DNA of 43,071 nt from Bacillota bacterium. Its GTDB lineage: Bacteria; Bacillota; Limnochordia; DTU080; JAAYLA01. The stretch is from the NCBI GenBank assembly GCA_012522135.1, contig JAAYLA010000030.1, forward strand, positions 1 to 43,071, in the 5' to 3' direction. The position numbers and the translations under genes were made by a program. Below, piece after piece: positions 25,803-35,071 of this stretch (position 1 is its first letter; the number at the start of each line of letters is the position of its first letter). Under the pieces are notes generated by a model that saw only the letters and a program-made list of their open reading frames with translations, was not told the DNA's origin and did not search any database.

Positions 25803-27158
25803 ATGGCCAGAAGAGCGTTGGGTATTCTATTCGTGGCGCTGCTCCTCGCGTTGCCCCTCGGCGCGGCGGCGCAAGAGAAGCCTATCACCCTTACGTGGTG
25901 GATCAATCCTTGGCGCATCGCTCCGCCCGGTTTTCCGGAGGACCAGGCGCCGGAAGCGGAAGACTTCACCCGGTGGGCGGCGGAGGAATTCCAGAAGCTT
26001 TATCCCAACGTCACGATCGAGTATGAAGTCGTCACGAACCAAGGGTTTGACGAGAAGATCACGGCAGCCATCCTTTCAGGCAATCCTCCGGACATTCTGC
26101 GTGTATCCGGCATCAAGCGCCAGTGGATCGAGGCCGGGCTCTTGGAGCCGATCGACGCCTACCTCACTCCGGAAGACTTCGAGGACTTCTACGACTACGC
26201 TCTGAACGAAGGGAAATTCGGTAACCATTATTACATGTTCCCTTGGAACAACTCGAACAACGGAATGGGCTCGACCTTGCTGCTCAACCCGGCCATCTTT
26301 GCCGACCGCGGCGTGGAACTGCCCCCCTTGCCGGACCGTGCGTGGACCATGGACGAGTTCATGACGGCTGCCCGCAAGCTCTCGTACGACGTCGACGGTG
26401 ACGGCCACAACGACGTGTACGCCATCGGCATGTCGGCCCGCATGGACATCATGAACAACATCGCGTGGCTCCACATTTTCGGCGGCGGTTACGTCGATGA
26501 GGCCCAGCGCACCTTCATTGCGAACAGCCCGGCTTCGGTCGAGGCCGTGCAGTGGATGGTCGATGCCGTCCATAAAGAGCGCATCGCGCCGATGGGAGCC
26601 GAGGGCATGGGGATCTACGACGTAATCGGCCTGTTCCATCAGGAGCGGCTGGCCATCGGCTACGGCGGCCCGTACGAAATCGGCCGCATTGACCGCTACT
26701 TGAAGTCCGGCCAGATCGACAAGAAGTTCCCCGTGCACATCGCCCAGTTCCCGCACTTCCCCGAAATCGGACCGGTCGCATACCACACGAGCGGGGGCTT
26801 TGTCATCTTCAAGCAGGATGACCCTTACAAGCGCGAGATGGCCATGGAGTTTGCCCGCTTCCTCACAAATCAAGAAAACATGGCGCTCTTACGGACCCTC
26901 CTTTACGTGACGACGCGCAAGTCGGTCAACGAGACCCTCTACCAGGGATACGAGTTTGAAGAGGAGATCGACGTGTACATGCGAGCCATCGCCAACGGGA
27001 TCCGGTATTTCGGCAGCATCGAGATCGACACCGGCCCCGCGGATCAGCATTTCATCGCGGCCCTCGAGGCAGCCTTTGCCCGCACCAAGACGCCGCAACA
27101 AGCAATGGACGACTTTGTGGCCGTAGCCAACCGCCTGGTATTCAGCGGCAGGAGGTAG
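25803..27158 (+). CDS. ABC transporter extracellular solute-binding protein (family 1, carbohydrate type)
   Basis: Signal peptide MARRALGILFVALLLALPLGAAAQ, about 450 aa, followed by two MalFG-type permease genes. Confidence 0.8.
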   Translation: MARRALGILFVALLLALPLGAAAQEKPITLTWWINPWRIAPPGFPEDQAPEAEDFTRWAAEEFQKLYPNVTIEYEVVTNQGFDEKITAAILSGNPPDILRVSGIKRQWIEAGLLEPIDAYLTPEDFEDFYDYALNEGKFGNHYYMFPWNNSNNGMGSTLLLNPAIFADRGVELPPLPDRAWTMDEFMTAARKLSYDVDGDGHNDVYAIGMSARMDIMNNIAWLHIFGGGYVDEAQRTFIANSPASVEAVQWMVDAVHKERIAPMGAEGMGIYDVIGLFHQERLAIGYGGPYEIGRIDRYLKSGQIDKKFPVHIAQFPHFPEIGPVAYHTSGGFVIFKQDDPYKREMAMEFARFLTNQENMALLRTLLYVTTRKSVNETLYQGYEFEEEIDVYMRAIANGIRYFGSIEIDTGPADQHFIAALEAAFARTKTPQQAMDDFVAVANRLVFSGRR

Positions 27159-27228
27159 CCGCGACGGGCCGTCCGCTGCCCGGACGGTGCGGGCGGCCCG
27201 TGCTGCCGTCAAGGAGGCTGAAGACGAC

Positions 27229-28095
27229 GTGATACGCCGCTTCGTCAGGGACCCGTGGGCGTACGCCTTCATCTTACCGAGTTTCGTGTTTTTTGCCGTC
27301 TTCTTCTTGTTTCCGGTCGTGTGGGGCATCGTGATGAGCTTTCGCTACTACACCCTGGTCGGATCGGAGTGGGTCGGCTTCGACAATTACCGCTACATTT
27401 TCACCGATGATCCCCTGTTTTGGAGATCGCTGCGGAACACGGCATACTACGCAGCCGGGGTCGTGCCGCTCTGGCTCGGAAAAGCCCTGCTGATCTCGCT
27501 GCTCATCTTCCCGTTCCGCAAGTCGATACAGACGTTTTTTAAGGCCGCTTTCTATTTGCCCCACGTCACGTCTGCCGTTATCATCTCGATGATTTGGCTG
27601 TGGATCTTCAACCCCCCCTTCGGGCTCTTGAACTATATCTTAGGCACACGGGATTTCGCCTGGCTCGGGAACACGGCCACGGCCATGCCGGCCCTCATCT
27701 TGATGCAAGTGATCATGGGAGGGGGCTCGTCCATTGTACTGATCAGCGCTGCGCTCGGCAGCATCCCCAGCGACTACTATGAAGCAGCCGAGCTCGACGG
27801 CGCCACCCCTTGGCAACAGGCCGTGCGCATTACGTTGCCGCTGCTCAAGCCGACGCTGCTTTACCTGGTCGTAATGGGGACCATCTCGTCGTTTCAGGTG
27901 TTCACGAACATCTACCTGATGACGAAAGGCGGGCCCCAGTTCTCGACCGTGACCATCGTGTACTTGATTTACGAAACCGCGTTTCGCATCTACGACTTCG
28001 GTGCCGCCTCGGCTATGGCTGTGATCCTGTTTATCATCATCTTCTTGTTCGGCCTGGCGCAATTCAAGTGGCTCGGCACGGACGTCGAGTACTAG
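27229..28095 (+). CDS. Carbohydrate ABC transporter permease (MalF/UgpA type)
   Basis: Six TM helices and the EAA-loop region YEAAELDGATPWQQAVRITLPLLKP. The GTG at 27229 lies 11 nt after AGGAGG. The track start is 27187. Confidence 0.85.
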   Translation: MIRRFVRDPWAYAFILPSFVFFAVFFLFPVVWGIVMSFRYYTLVGSEWVGFDNYRYIFTDDPLFWRSLRNTAYYAAGVVPLWLGKALLISLLIFPFRKSIQTFFKAAFYLPHVTSAVIISMIWLWIFNPPFGLLNYILGTRDFAWLGNTATAMPALILMQVIMGGGSSIVLISAALGSIPSDYYEAAELDGATPWQQAVRITLPLLKPTLLYLVVMGTISSFQVFTNIYLMTKGGPQFSTVTIVYLIYETAFRIYDFGAASAMAVILFIIIFLFGLAQFKWLGTDVEY

Positions 28096-28105
28096 GAGGG
28101 AGAGC

Positions 28106-28975
28106 ATGGCAACATCACTGCAACTACGGCGCCGGCGGATGCTGCGCCGCGTGCACCGGGTACCGCTGAGGCGTGTGTTGGCCGTGATCTTCGTGTCGGT
28201 TATGGCCTGCATGTCGATCATTCCCCTGTACTGGATGGTAGTCACCGCATTCCAGCAGCCTACCCTTTCGGTGACGTTTCCACCGAAGTGGTTTCCCAGC
28301 CCGCCGACGATGCGCAATTTCAACGCGCTGTTTGCACGTTCGCACCTGTTTCAATGGACACTGAACAGCGCGATCGTCTCGGTGACCATCACGGCGTCCT
28401 TGGTGTTCACCTCGACTTTGGCCGGGTATGCCTTTGCCAAGAAACAGTTTTTCGGGCGCAACGTGCTCTTCTGGACGTACGTCGGCTCGATGATGGTGCC
28501 GGGCCAAGTGACGCTCATCCCCCTTTACCTGCTCATGAACCGGTTGGGGCTGCGAGACACGTACGCGGGCATCATCCTTCCGGCTGTGGCCAGTCCCTTC
28601 GGGGTATTCCTCATGAAACAGTACATCCAGACCTTGCCGTCGGTGTTGATCGACGCGGCCCGCATCGACGGTTGTTCCGAATTCGGCGTGTTCACACGCA
28701 TTGTCCTGCCTTTGGCCCGGCCCGGAATGGCGGTGCTCGCCATTTTCACCTTCGTCGACCAGTGGAACGACTTCTTGTGGCCTTTCATCATCACGAGCCG
28801 GGCTACCATGCGTACGCTGCCGGTCGGCCTGGCCTTGCTGCAAGAGGAAGTGCCGTTGGACTTCAACCTGCTTATGGCCGGGGCGACCTATGCGGCGGTG
28901 CCCATGATCTTGGTCTTTCTGTTTTTCCAGCGCTACTTTTTGCGCGGGATCACGGTCGGCGCCGTGAAGGGATAG
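28106..28975 (+). CDS. Carbohydrate ABC transporter permease (MalG/UgpE type)
   Basis: EAA loop LIDAARIDGCSEFGVFTRIVLPLARPG. RBS AGGAGGGAG. Confidence 0.85.
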   Translation: MATSLQLRRRRMLRRVHRVPLRRVLAVIFVSVMACMSIIPLYWMVVTAFQQPTLSVTFPPKWFPSPPTMRNFNALFARSHLFQWTLNSAIVSVTITASLVFTSTLAGYAFAKKQFFGRNVLFWTYVGSMMVPGQVTLIPLYLLMNRLGLRDTYAGIILPAVASPFGVFLMKQYIQTLPSVLIDAARIDGCSEFGVFTRIVLPLARPGMAVLAIFTFVDQWNDFLWPFIITSRATMRTLPVGLALLQEEVPLDFNLLMAGATYAAVPMILVFLFFQRYFLRGITVGAVKG

Positions 28976-29001
28976 AGGACCCGCGTCCGGCCCGTGACGC
29001 G

Positions 29002-29271
29002 TTACTTTTTCTCCGCTCGTGCCTTTTCTTGCCAGTAGAAGTAGGCGTATGCCGTGATGCCGCCGACCAGAAGGCCCAGGATGAAGTTCAGCGTGGGCGA
29101 CGGCTCGATGTTCAGATACCAGCGGAGGAAAGGAACGGCGACTACGGCGACGAGAAAGGCGCCCACAGCGCCCCAGTATTCGCGCCGTAACAGGAAGTAG
29201 ACACCGAAGGCGATCGGACCAAGGAGAAGGCCCAGCATCTTGTGGTTCACGCCACCATCACTCCTAAGCAT
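29002..29271 (-). CDS. Small hydrophobic membrane protein (about 80 aa, 2-3 TM)
   Basis: MLGLLLGPIAFGVYFLL...GAFLVAVVAVPFL...ILGLLVGGITAYAYFYW. The start is uncertain: ATG at 29271, GTG at 29250 (10 nt after AGGAG), or ATG at 29238. Confidence 0.5.
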   Translation of the reverse strand: MLRSDGGVNHKMLGLLLGPIAFGVYFLLRREYWGAVGAFLVAVVAVPFLRWYLNIEPSPTLNFILGLLVGGITAYAYFYWQEKARAEKK

Positions 29272-29327
29272 GACGGATTACGAAATCGGTCCCGTGCGCC
29301 GTGGACCGATTCGGTCAGCGTTCCGCC

Positions 29328-29744
29328 CTAGTGATGTGATAGGGCGGCCTCCGTCACCAGCGACATGGAGGCGGCGAAGGTGCCGGCCGCCAGCTGGCCA
29401 GCCGTAGTCGTCGTCACCGACATCAAGCCGGCGCCGATGCCACCGCTCAGAGCGCCCATCGCGGTCGCCGCCAACAGGCCGGCCGCATACTCCGCGTCGA
29501 TCTCTTCACCCCAGTTGGCGACGACGTAGGTCGCGGCGCCGACTACGGCACCCAAGGCCCAATGTACCCACGCGCCGCGTATTGCGGCAAGCTCATCGTC
29601 GGTGAGCTCTTCTCCCGCGGGCAGTACCGCGCCCAGCGCCGTGATCGGGCTGGTTGCGGCATGCCCTGCGGCCAGCGCCGGCGCAAAGCCGGCGAGAGCC
29701 AACGCCATCGTCACGAGCAACGCCACCATTCGTTTGTGAGCCAT
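29328..29744 (-). CDS. Secreted Gly/Ala-rich hypothetical protein
   Basis: The ATG at 29744 lies 6 nt after GGGGGG. Sec-type signal MAHKRMVALLVTMALALAGFAPALA, then EELTDDELAAIRGA, then small-residue repeats (GAVVGAATYVV, GALSGGIGAGL). Confidence 0.6.
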   Translation of the reverse strand: MAHKRMVALLVTMALALAGFAPALAAGHAATSPITALGAVLPAGEELTDDELAAIRGAWVHWALGAVVGAATYVVANWGEEIDAEYAAGLLAATAMGALSGGIGAGLMSVTTTTAGQLAAGTFAASMSLVTEAALSHH

Positions 29745-29875
29745 GTGCATCCCCCCGGATCCGTAGTGGTCGCGCACGGGACCGATTGTACCGAGACGAT
29801 TCGGCTCCGAAGGGGAATGTCCTGCGAAAAAATTATAGGATTATGATCAAGTTAACTCTACTATATAAATGCGTG

Positions 29876-30245
29876 CGAAACCGGCGATGACCGTCGGGGT
29901 CACCGCGCCCCCGCCGGTTGGGTAAACCGCCACACGGGCAATTGGTCACGCTTGCCGGAAGCTGCCTGCGGCCGCGCCAGCCGGTCAGTGCGTGCAGATT
30001 CTCCTCCGATGGGCACCCTCGCGAGCCTGTTGCCTGCCGAGGTAATCCAGGCGTAAGCCGTCTACCTGGGGATTCATTTCGGGACGGTGCCGGCAACGCG
30101 TCTCGGCATGCCGCGTCCAGGAAGGATCTGCATACACTGGCCAGATGGACAGGCACCTCCGCCCGAGCACGGGCCGGTCACCCGACCCTGCGGCCCGGTC
30201 GGAATCCGGGCCACCTGCCGGGGTGCGGCGCGCCGCAATTTTGTC
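29876..30245 (+). promoter_or_regulatory. Long GC-rich structured non-coding region (leader RNA of the CE15 gene or an independent ncRNA), class unknown
   Basis: No credible ORF. Preceded by an AT-rich divergent promoter core (29824-29876). A 20-bp long-range helix pairs 29983-30002 with 30123-30142 (16 WC, 3 GU, 1 mismatch). Nested helices include TGCCGAG/CTCGGCA and AATCCAGG/CCTGG(GG)ATT. The 12-nt palindrome GCGGCGCGCCGC (30225-30236) is followed by AATTTTG. Confidence 0.3.
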
Positions 30246-30300
30246 AAGCCGCAGGAGAGCGGCCTGGCCCAGCGAAACCTATGGCCTGGGAGGGATGGAC

Positions 30301-31575
30301 ATGTTCCCGATCGCGTTGCTGCTCGTCGCCATGGTCGCATTGCTCGTCCCCCGTCGGGCGCACGCTCGCAGGCAGGCTAATTACGACGAAGCCAAGGTGC
30401 CGCCGTATACTTTGCCGGATCCGCTGGCCGCAGCCGACGGCACGCCCGTCGCGGATGCAGACGCATGGTTCCACGTGCGACGGCCGGAGCTGCTCGAGCT
30501 GTTTGCGGTGCACGTGTACGGGCGCACGCCGCAAAAGCCTTTCGACCTGCGTTACGACGTTTTCGATGAAGCCGACGACGCTTTGGACGGCAAGGTGCGG
30601 CGCCGTCAGGTCCGGGTGACGTGCAGCACGCCGGCCGGGGAGATCGGGTTCGACCTTCTGCTCTACTTGCCGCACGCTGACCGGCCCGTGCCCACCTTCC
30701 TCGCCCTCAATTTCTGGGGCAACCACACGGTCCAGCCCGACCGGGCCATTCGCATAACGGACTCCTGGATGCGTGAAGGAGAAGGGGTGGCCGATCACCG
30801 GGCCACGGAAGCCGGACGGGGGAGAATGGCGCACCGGTGGCCGGTCGTGCGCATCGCCGAGGCGGGTTACGGTTTGGCCACGCTGTACTACGGCGATATC
30901 GACCCCGACTTTCACGACGGTTTCCAAAACGGCGTGCACCCGCTCTTTTATGAACCCGGTCAGAACAAGCCGCAGCCCGACGAATGGGGTGCGATCGGTG
31001 CCTGGGCTTGGGGACTGAGCCGTGCCCTGGACTATCTCGAACATGACCCCGACGTCGACCATACGCGGGTAGCGGTCTTAGGCCACTCGCGCCTCGGCAA
31101 GACCGCCCTGTGGGCCGCGGCCCAAGACGAGCGGTTTGCCCTGGCTATCTCGAACAACTCCGGCTGTGGCGGCGCGGCCCTCAGCAGGCGGCAGTTCGGC
31201 GAGACGGTAGCTATCATCAACACGTCGTTTCCCCACTGGTTTGCCGGCAACTTCAAGCAGTACAACGACCGTGAAGACGCCCTGCCGGTCGACCAGCACA
31301 TGCTCCTGGCTGCCATAGCACCCCGTCCGGTGTACGTGGCCAGCGCCGCCCAGGACCTGTGGGCCGACCCGAAGGGCGAGTTCCTGTCGTGCCTGCATGC
31401 CGAACCGGTATATCGCCTCCTCGGTAAGACGGGCTTGGGCGTGAGGGAGATGCCACCCGAGAACACGCCGGTAGGAGTCGACATCGGATACCACATTCGC
31501 ACCGGAAGGCATGACCTTACGGAATACGATTGGATCCAGTACATCGCTTTTGCGGATCGTCATCTGAAGGAATAA
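30301..31575 (+). CDS. Carbohydrate esterase family 15-like glucuronoyl esterase (alpha/beta hydrolase)
   Basis: N-terminal hydrophobic signal or anchor. [11 protein letters not shown] motif and the nucleophile motif [12 protein letters not shown] (the CE15 G-x-S-R-x-G-K type). The ATG at 30301 follows GGGAGGGA. Confidence 0.75.
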   Translation: MFPIALLLVAMVALLVPRRAHARRQANYDEAKVPPYTLPDPLAAADGTPVADADAWFHVRRPELLELFAVHVYGRTPQKPFDLRYDVFDEADDALDGKVRRRQVRVTCSTPAGEIGFDLLLYLPHADRPVPTFLALNFWGNHTVQPDRAIRITDSWMREGEGVADHRATEAGRGRMAHRWPVVRIAEAGYGLATLYYGDIDPDFHDGFQNGVHPLFYEPGQNKPQPDEWGAIGAWAWGLSRALDYLEHDPDVDHTRVAVLGHSRLGKTALWAAAQDERFALAISNNSGCGGAALSRRQFGETVAIINTSFPHWFAGNFKQYNDREDALPVDQHMLLAAIAPRPVYVASAAQDLWADPKGEFLSCLHAEPVYRLLGKTGLGVREMPPENTPVGVDIGYHIRTGRHDLTEYDWIQYIAFADRHLKE

Positions 31576-31599
31576 GGTTTCGTCAGGGGAGGACGGGCC

Positions 31600-32232
31600 A
31601 TGTATTTGAGCACGATTGTATCAGCCCTCGTTCAACTCGCGGTCTTTACGCTCATTCCGTTCATCGTGTACGTGATCACCCGCCGGCGGGTGCGCGGGTA
31701 TTGGGGTTACATCGGCGTGAAGGCTGCCCCGGCCGGAGCCCTGGCGGCGGGAGCGGTCTTCGGTCTTGTTACTGCGGGCCTCATGTTGTGGCTGTATTCG
31801 GCCCCCGGTCTGCGTCAGCTCATGGTCGACCCGTCGACGCAAACCGGCAGGCTCAACGCGTTGTTAGACGAGGCAGGCGTTTTGGCGTGGTTATATACGG
31901 CTGTCATTCAGGCCCTCATCACGACTGCCTTGGCAGAAGAGATTTTCTTCCGCGGGTTTGTGGCCAAGCGGCTCATCGCCTGGCGCGGCTTTGCCGTAGG
32001 GAACATAGCGCAGGCGCTATTGTTCGGCGCCTTGCACCTTGCGCTCCTGCTGGGGACGAACGCGCCGCTCACATTGGCCCGGTGGCTGTTGGTTCTCCTC
32101 ATTCCGACGGTGCAAGGTTGGGTGGTTGCGTGGCTGAACGAACGGCACGGGAACGGCTCCGTGGCGCCCGGCTGGGCTGCGCACGCGACGGCCAACCTCG
32201 TCACGTTCATCGCCGTGCCCCTGCTTTGGTGA
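31600..32232 (+). CDS. CPBP family intramembrane glutamic endopeptidase (CAAX protease/Abi)
   Basis: Motifs EEIFFRGF, FGALHL and HATANL. Lies 24 nt downstream of the CE15 gene. Confidence 0.85.
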   Translation: MYLSTIVSALVQLAVFTLIPFIVYVITRRRVRGYWGYIGVKAAPAGALAAGAVFGLVTAGLMLWLYSAPGLRQLMVDPSTQTGRLNALLDEAGVLAWLYTAVIQALITTALAEEIFFRGFVAKRLIAWRGFAVGNIAQALLFGALHLALLLGTNAPLTLARWLLVLLIPTVQGWVVAWLNERHGNGSVAPGWAAHATANLVTFIAVPLLW

Positions 32233-33511
32233 CGCCGGGCGCTCTTGCCTGCCCGTCCGCGGCGGGTACGGTGTCGTATTTCTGGAACATGCGGCCGAAG
32301 AGGATGCCGTACAGGAACTGGGCGCCCGCCGCTATGTAAAACGGCAGCGAAAAGTATCCGGCGTTGAGCAATGCGCCCGCCACCGCCGGTCCCGCCGAAT
32401 TGGGCAGGCCCATGGACAGGCTGTTGATGCTGCTGGCAAAACCGCGCCGTTCATCCCGTACCAGCGCGACGCTCAGGGCTTGGCGGGCGCCTTGGGTGCC
32501 GCGGTTGAGGGCCGAGCGCAGCACGTGCAGTATAGCTGCCATCCAAAAGTACGGCACAAAGGGGAAGACGAGCAAGACCAACACCGCGGCCAGCCGCACG
32601 GCAACTACCGAGCGGACGATGCCGATGCGGCGCGTCGCGCGTCCCGTAAGCACCGAGGCCATGCCGGTCGCGAAGAAGGTGACGGCGTATACCGGTCCGA
32701 TCTCGCCGGGACCAACGCCGAACTTGGCCGCGAACCAGTACGACAGGAGCGGGCTTGTCAAGGACACGGCCATGCTGTTCATCGCGTTGATGGCGCCGAG
32801 TTTCAAGATGCGGACGTTTTCCTCGCGGCGAATGGCCCGCTCTTCGGGGCTCAAACGGCCCTTCCACCCGGCCCAAAGGTCCCGCTTCTCCTCGCTCTGT
32901 GCCTGCCTCCGGGGCTTATTCGCCTTGGCCCGCGCGAGCAAAACGATGTTAGCGGTGCCCGTCACCAAAGGCAGCAGGAAAAGGGGCCGGTACGCCGCGG
33001 GTCCGGGGAGGACGCCCGCCCAGAGAGGGACAAGTCCGGCCAGGAGCGATCCGATCCCCGTCCCTGCAAAGCCCAAGGCGGCGTTGTAGCTGTAAACCTG
33101 TCCCCGCAGGGGAGCAGGCACGAGCTCCGCCAGCCACGCCTGCTCGGCCGGTGCGGCGGGGCCCACCATGCCCACCTGGCCCCGTCCGAAGGCGCCGAGC
33201 ACGCTCGCGATCGTGATGACGGCGGGATGCTCCGATACGAGGGCGAGCGCCGCCGCCAAGACGATGCCTACTTCGTAGCCGATGACGAAGGGCTTCCGTC
33301 CGAGGCGATCGCTCAACACGCCGACGGGCAAACTGAACGCGGCTTGGTACAGAGCGCCGAGCGACAGGAGCCCGCCGATCGCCGTGGCGCTCCAGCCGAG
33401 CTCATCCAAATAGAGAGCGAAGGTGACCAGCAGAGCGCCTTGACCCAAGCTGCGTAGCACCTTGCTGGCCTGAAGACGCGCGATATCGGTGCGAATGTGC
33501 GGGCGGATCAT
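32207..33511 (-). CDS. MFS transporter
   Basis: 12-TM organisation with the MFS loop motif GVLSDRLGRKP. The 3' end overlaps the convergent CPBP gene by 26 nt. Confidence 0.8.
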   Translation of the reverse strand: MIRPHIRTDIARLQASKVLRSLGQGALLVTFALYLDELGWSATAIGGLLSLGALYQAAFSLPVGVLSDRLGRKPFVIGYEVGIVLAAALALVSEHPAVITIASVLGAFGRGQVGMVGPAAPAEQAWLAELVPAPLRGQVYSYNAALGFAGTGIGSLLAGLVPLWAGVLPGPAAYRPLFLLPLVTGTANIVLLARAKANKPRRQAQSEEKRDLWAGWKGRLSPEERAIRREENVRILKLGAINAMNSMAVSLTSPLLSYWFAAKFGVGPGEIGPVYAVTFFATGMASVLTGRATRRIGIVRSVVAVRLAAVLVLLVFPFVPYFWMAAILHVLRSALNRGTQGARQALSVALVRDERRGFASSINSLSMGLPNSAGPAVAGALLNAGYFSLPFYIAAGAQFLYGILFGRMFQKYDTVPAADGQARAPGVTKAGARR

Positions 33512-33556
33512 CTCGTGACGGCCATCCTTTCTGCTGCCGTCACCATCTTTCGCCCC

Positions 33557-34969
33557 TCAGCCTGCGGAACCCTGGCGCACGAGCCGCACTTCGTAGACCG
33601 CACCGCCGTAGGCGGGCAGACTCGCCGTGCACTGCTCGGAACGGCACTCCACCGCCGCGCCGCCGCTTTGCCACAGGGCTGCGGTCGCAACCCAAGGGCC
33701 CAAGTCGAGCGCGGCTTCCACGGCACGGCCGCGCAAGTTCACGACGACAAGAATCGCCCGGTCAAGATCACCGTATGGACCGCGCAAGTAGGCTAGAACT
33801 GCGTCCCGCTCCGAGGTATCGACCGCCGTGTACTCTCCGCGGGAAAGCTCGGGACGGATTGCGCGCAGGTGCAGCAAGTCGCGGTATATGTCGTAAAGCT
33901 CCCGATCGTTCGGCGTCACCAAGCGGTCCGGATCGAAAAGGGACGGCCTGTGCGTCGCGCCGAGCTCCTGGCCCGCGTACAGCATCGGGATCGCAGGCGC
34001 CGTAAGGAGCACGAGGGCTGCGGCTGGGGCGGAGTCCCTGTCGTAGCGGGCGAGCCAGCGGGGGTGGTCGTGGTTTTCCAAGTAGATCAGTTTGGGCCGC
34101 TTGGACGCCGCCAGCTTACCCAAATGTTCCCGGAGCAAAAGGGCGCTCTGTCCCCGCAGCACTCTGCCGAGCACGCCCTCAAACTCCCAGTCGTACTGTG
34201 AATCGAAGGCCGTGAGCAGCCAGCTTTCACCCGACTCGCTCAGGAGGAACGCGTCGGGAAATTCGGCCTTGATCGCGGGGTAGAACTCAAGCCAGAAGCT
34301 AAACGGAACGTAGACCGACGCGTCGATGCGGTAGCCGTCGATGCCGGCCGTGCGCAGCCAGTAGCGGGCCACATCGAGCATGTACGCCCGCACTTCCGGC
34401 ACCGAGTAGTCGAGCTGGGCCACGTCGCGCCACTCGGGGACGGGAGGCAAAGGCACGCCGTCGGGCCCCAGGCGATACCAGGAAGGCGCTTCGGTGACCA
34501 GGGGATTGTCGTACGACGTATGGTTCGGCACGAGATCCATCAGCACCCGCAGCCCGAGGGCGTGGGCGCGGTCGACCAGTGTGCGCAAATCGTCCACGGT
34601 GCCGAGTTCGGGGGCGACGGAATAATGGTCTCGTATGCTGTAGGGGCTGCCCAGTGCCCCGATGCGGCGCACCCGGCCGATCTCGTGAACCGGCATGAGG
34701 TAGATCGTGTTGACGCCCAAATCGCGTATCGCTTCGAGGTTCTCCGTGACGGCGCGCAAGGTTCCGTCGCCGTAGATCCGCGGAAAAATTTGGTACAGAA
34801 CGGCGTCGTGAAACCAAGGGGCCGCCTCAGGTTCTAACTGCAATGCCGTGTCCAATGCGTGCACCTCCGTCTCCGCCGCGCGCAGGGGGAATGGAGCCAA
34901 GATGTATCCAGACAGCAGGAGCAGGAAAACGGAAATGAGCAGGTAGCGGGGGCGGTGCAACGGAATCAT
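33557..34969 (-). CDS. Secreted GH13 alpha-amylase-family glycoside hydrolase
   Basis: Signal peptide. DAVLYQIFPRIYG, GVNTIYLMPVHE, DLVPNHTS, GYRIDAS and YLENHD conserved regions. Confidence 0.85.
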   Translation of the reverse strand: MIPLHRPRYLLISVFLLLLSGYILAPFPLRAAETEVHALDTALQLEPEAAPWFHDAVLYQIFPRIYGDGTLRAVTENLEAIRDLGVNTIYLMPVHEIGRVRRIGALGSPYSIRDHYSVAPELGTVDDLRTLVDRAHALGLRVLMDLVPNHTSYDNPLVTEAPSWYRLGPDGVPLPPVPEWRDVAQLDYSVPEVRAYMLDVARYWLRTAGIDGYRIDASVYVPFSFWLEFYPAIKAEFPDAFLLSESGESWLLTAFDSQYDWEFEGVLGRVLRGQSALLLREHLGKLAASKRPKLIYLENHDHPRWLARYDRDSAPAAALVLLTAPAIPMLYAGQELGATHRPSLFDPDRLVTPNDRELYDIYRDLLHLRAIRPELSRGEYTAVDTSERDAVLAYLRGPYGDLDRAILVVVNLRGRAVEAALDLGPWVATAALWQSGGAAVECRSEQCTASLPAYGGAVYEVRLVRQGSAG

Positions 34970-35071
34970 CCTTCCTCTGTCCCGCGCCGGAGCAAACTCG
35001 AGGAGCGGGTCACGGCTCGAGCGAACGGCGACCCGCTCCCGCTGCCGGTAGTCCGAAACGTCACTCGGCCT

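Noticed and set aside
29876-29975. Cobalamin or fluoride riboswitch at the start of the GC-rich non-coding region
   Set aside because: There are only loose resemblances: GCGAAACCGG..CCCCCGCC..GCCACAC..GCCGGAAGCTGCC versus the B12 core and box, and GGCGATGA..TAAACCGCC versus crcB. Spacing and conserved positions do not fit, and the downstream esterase gene gives no functional rationale. Deciding needs cmsearch.
30145-30300. In-frame N-terminal extension of the CE15 ORF (track start 30145), and ORF 29918..30619
   Set aside because: The extension is Arg/Pro/Ser-rich and lacks an RBS. The ATG at 30301 has a GGGAGGGA RBS and begins a normal hydrophobic signal sequence.
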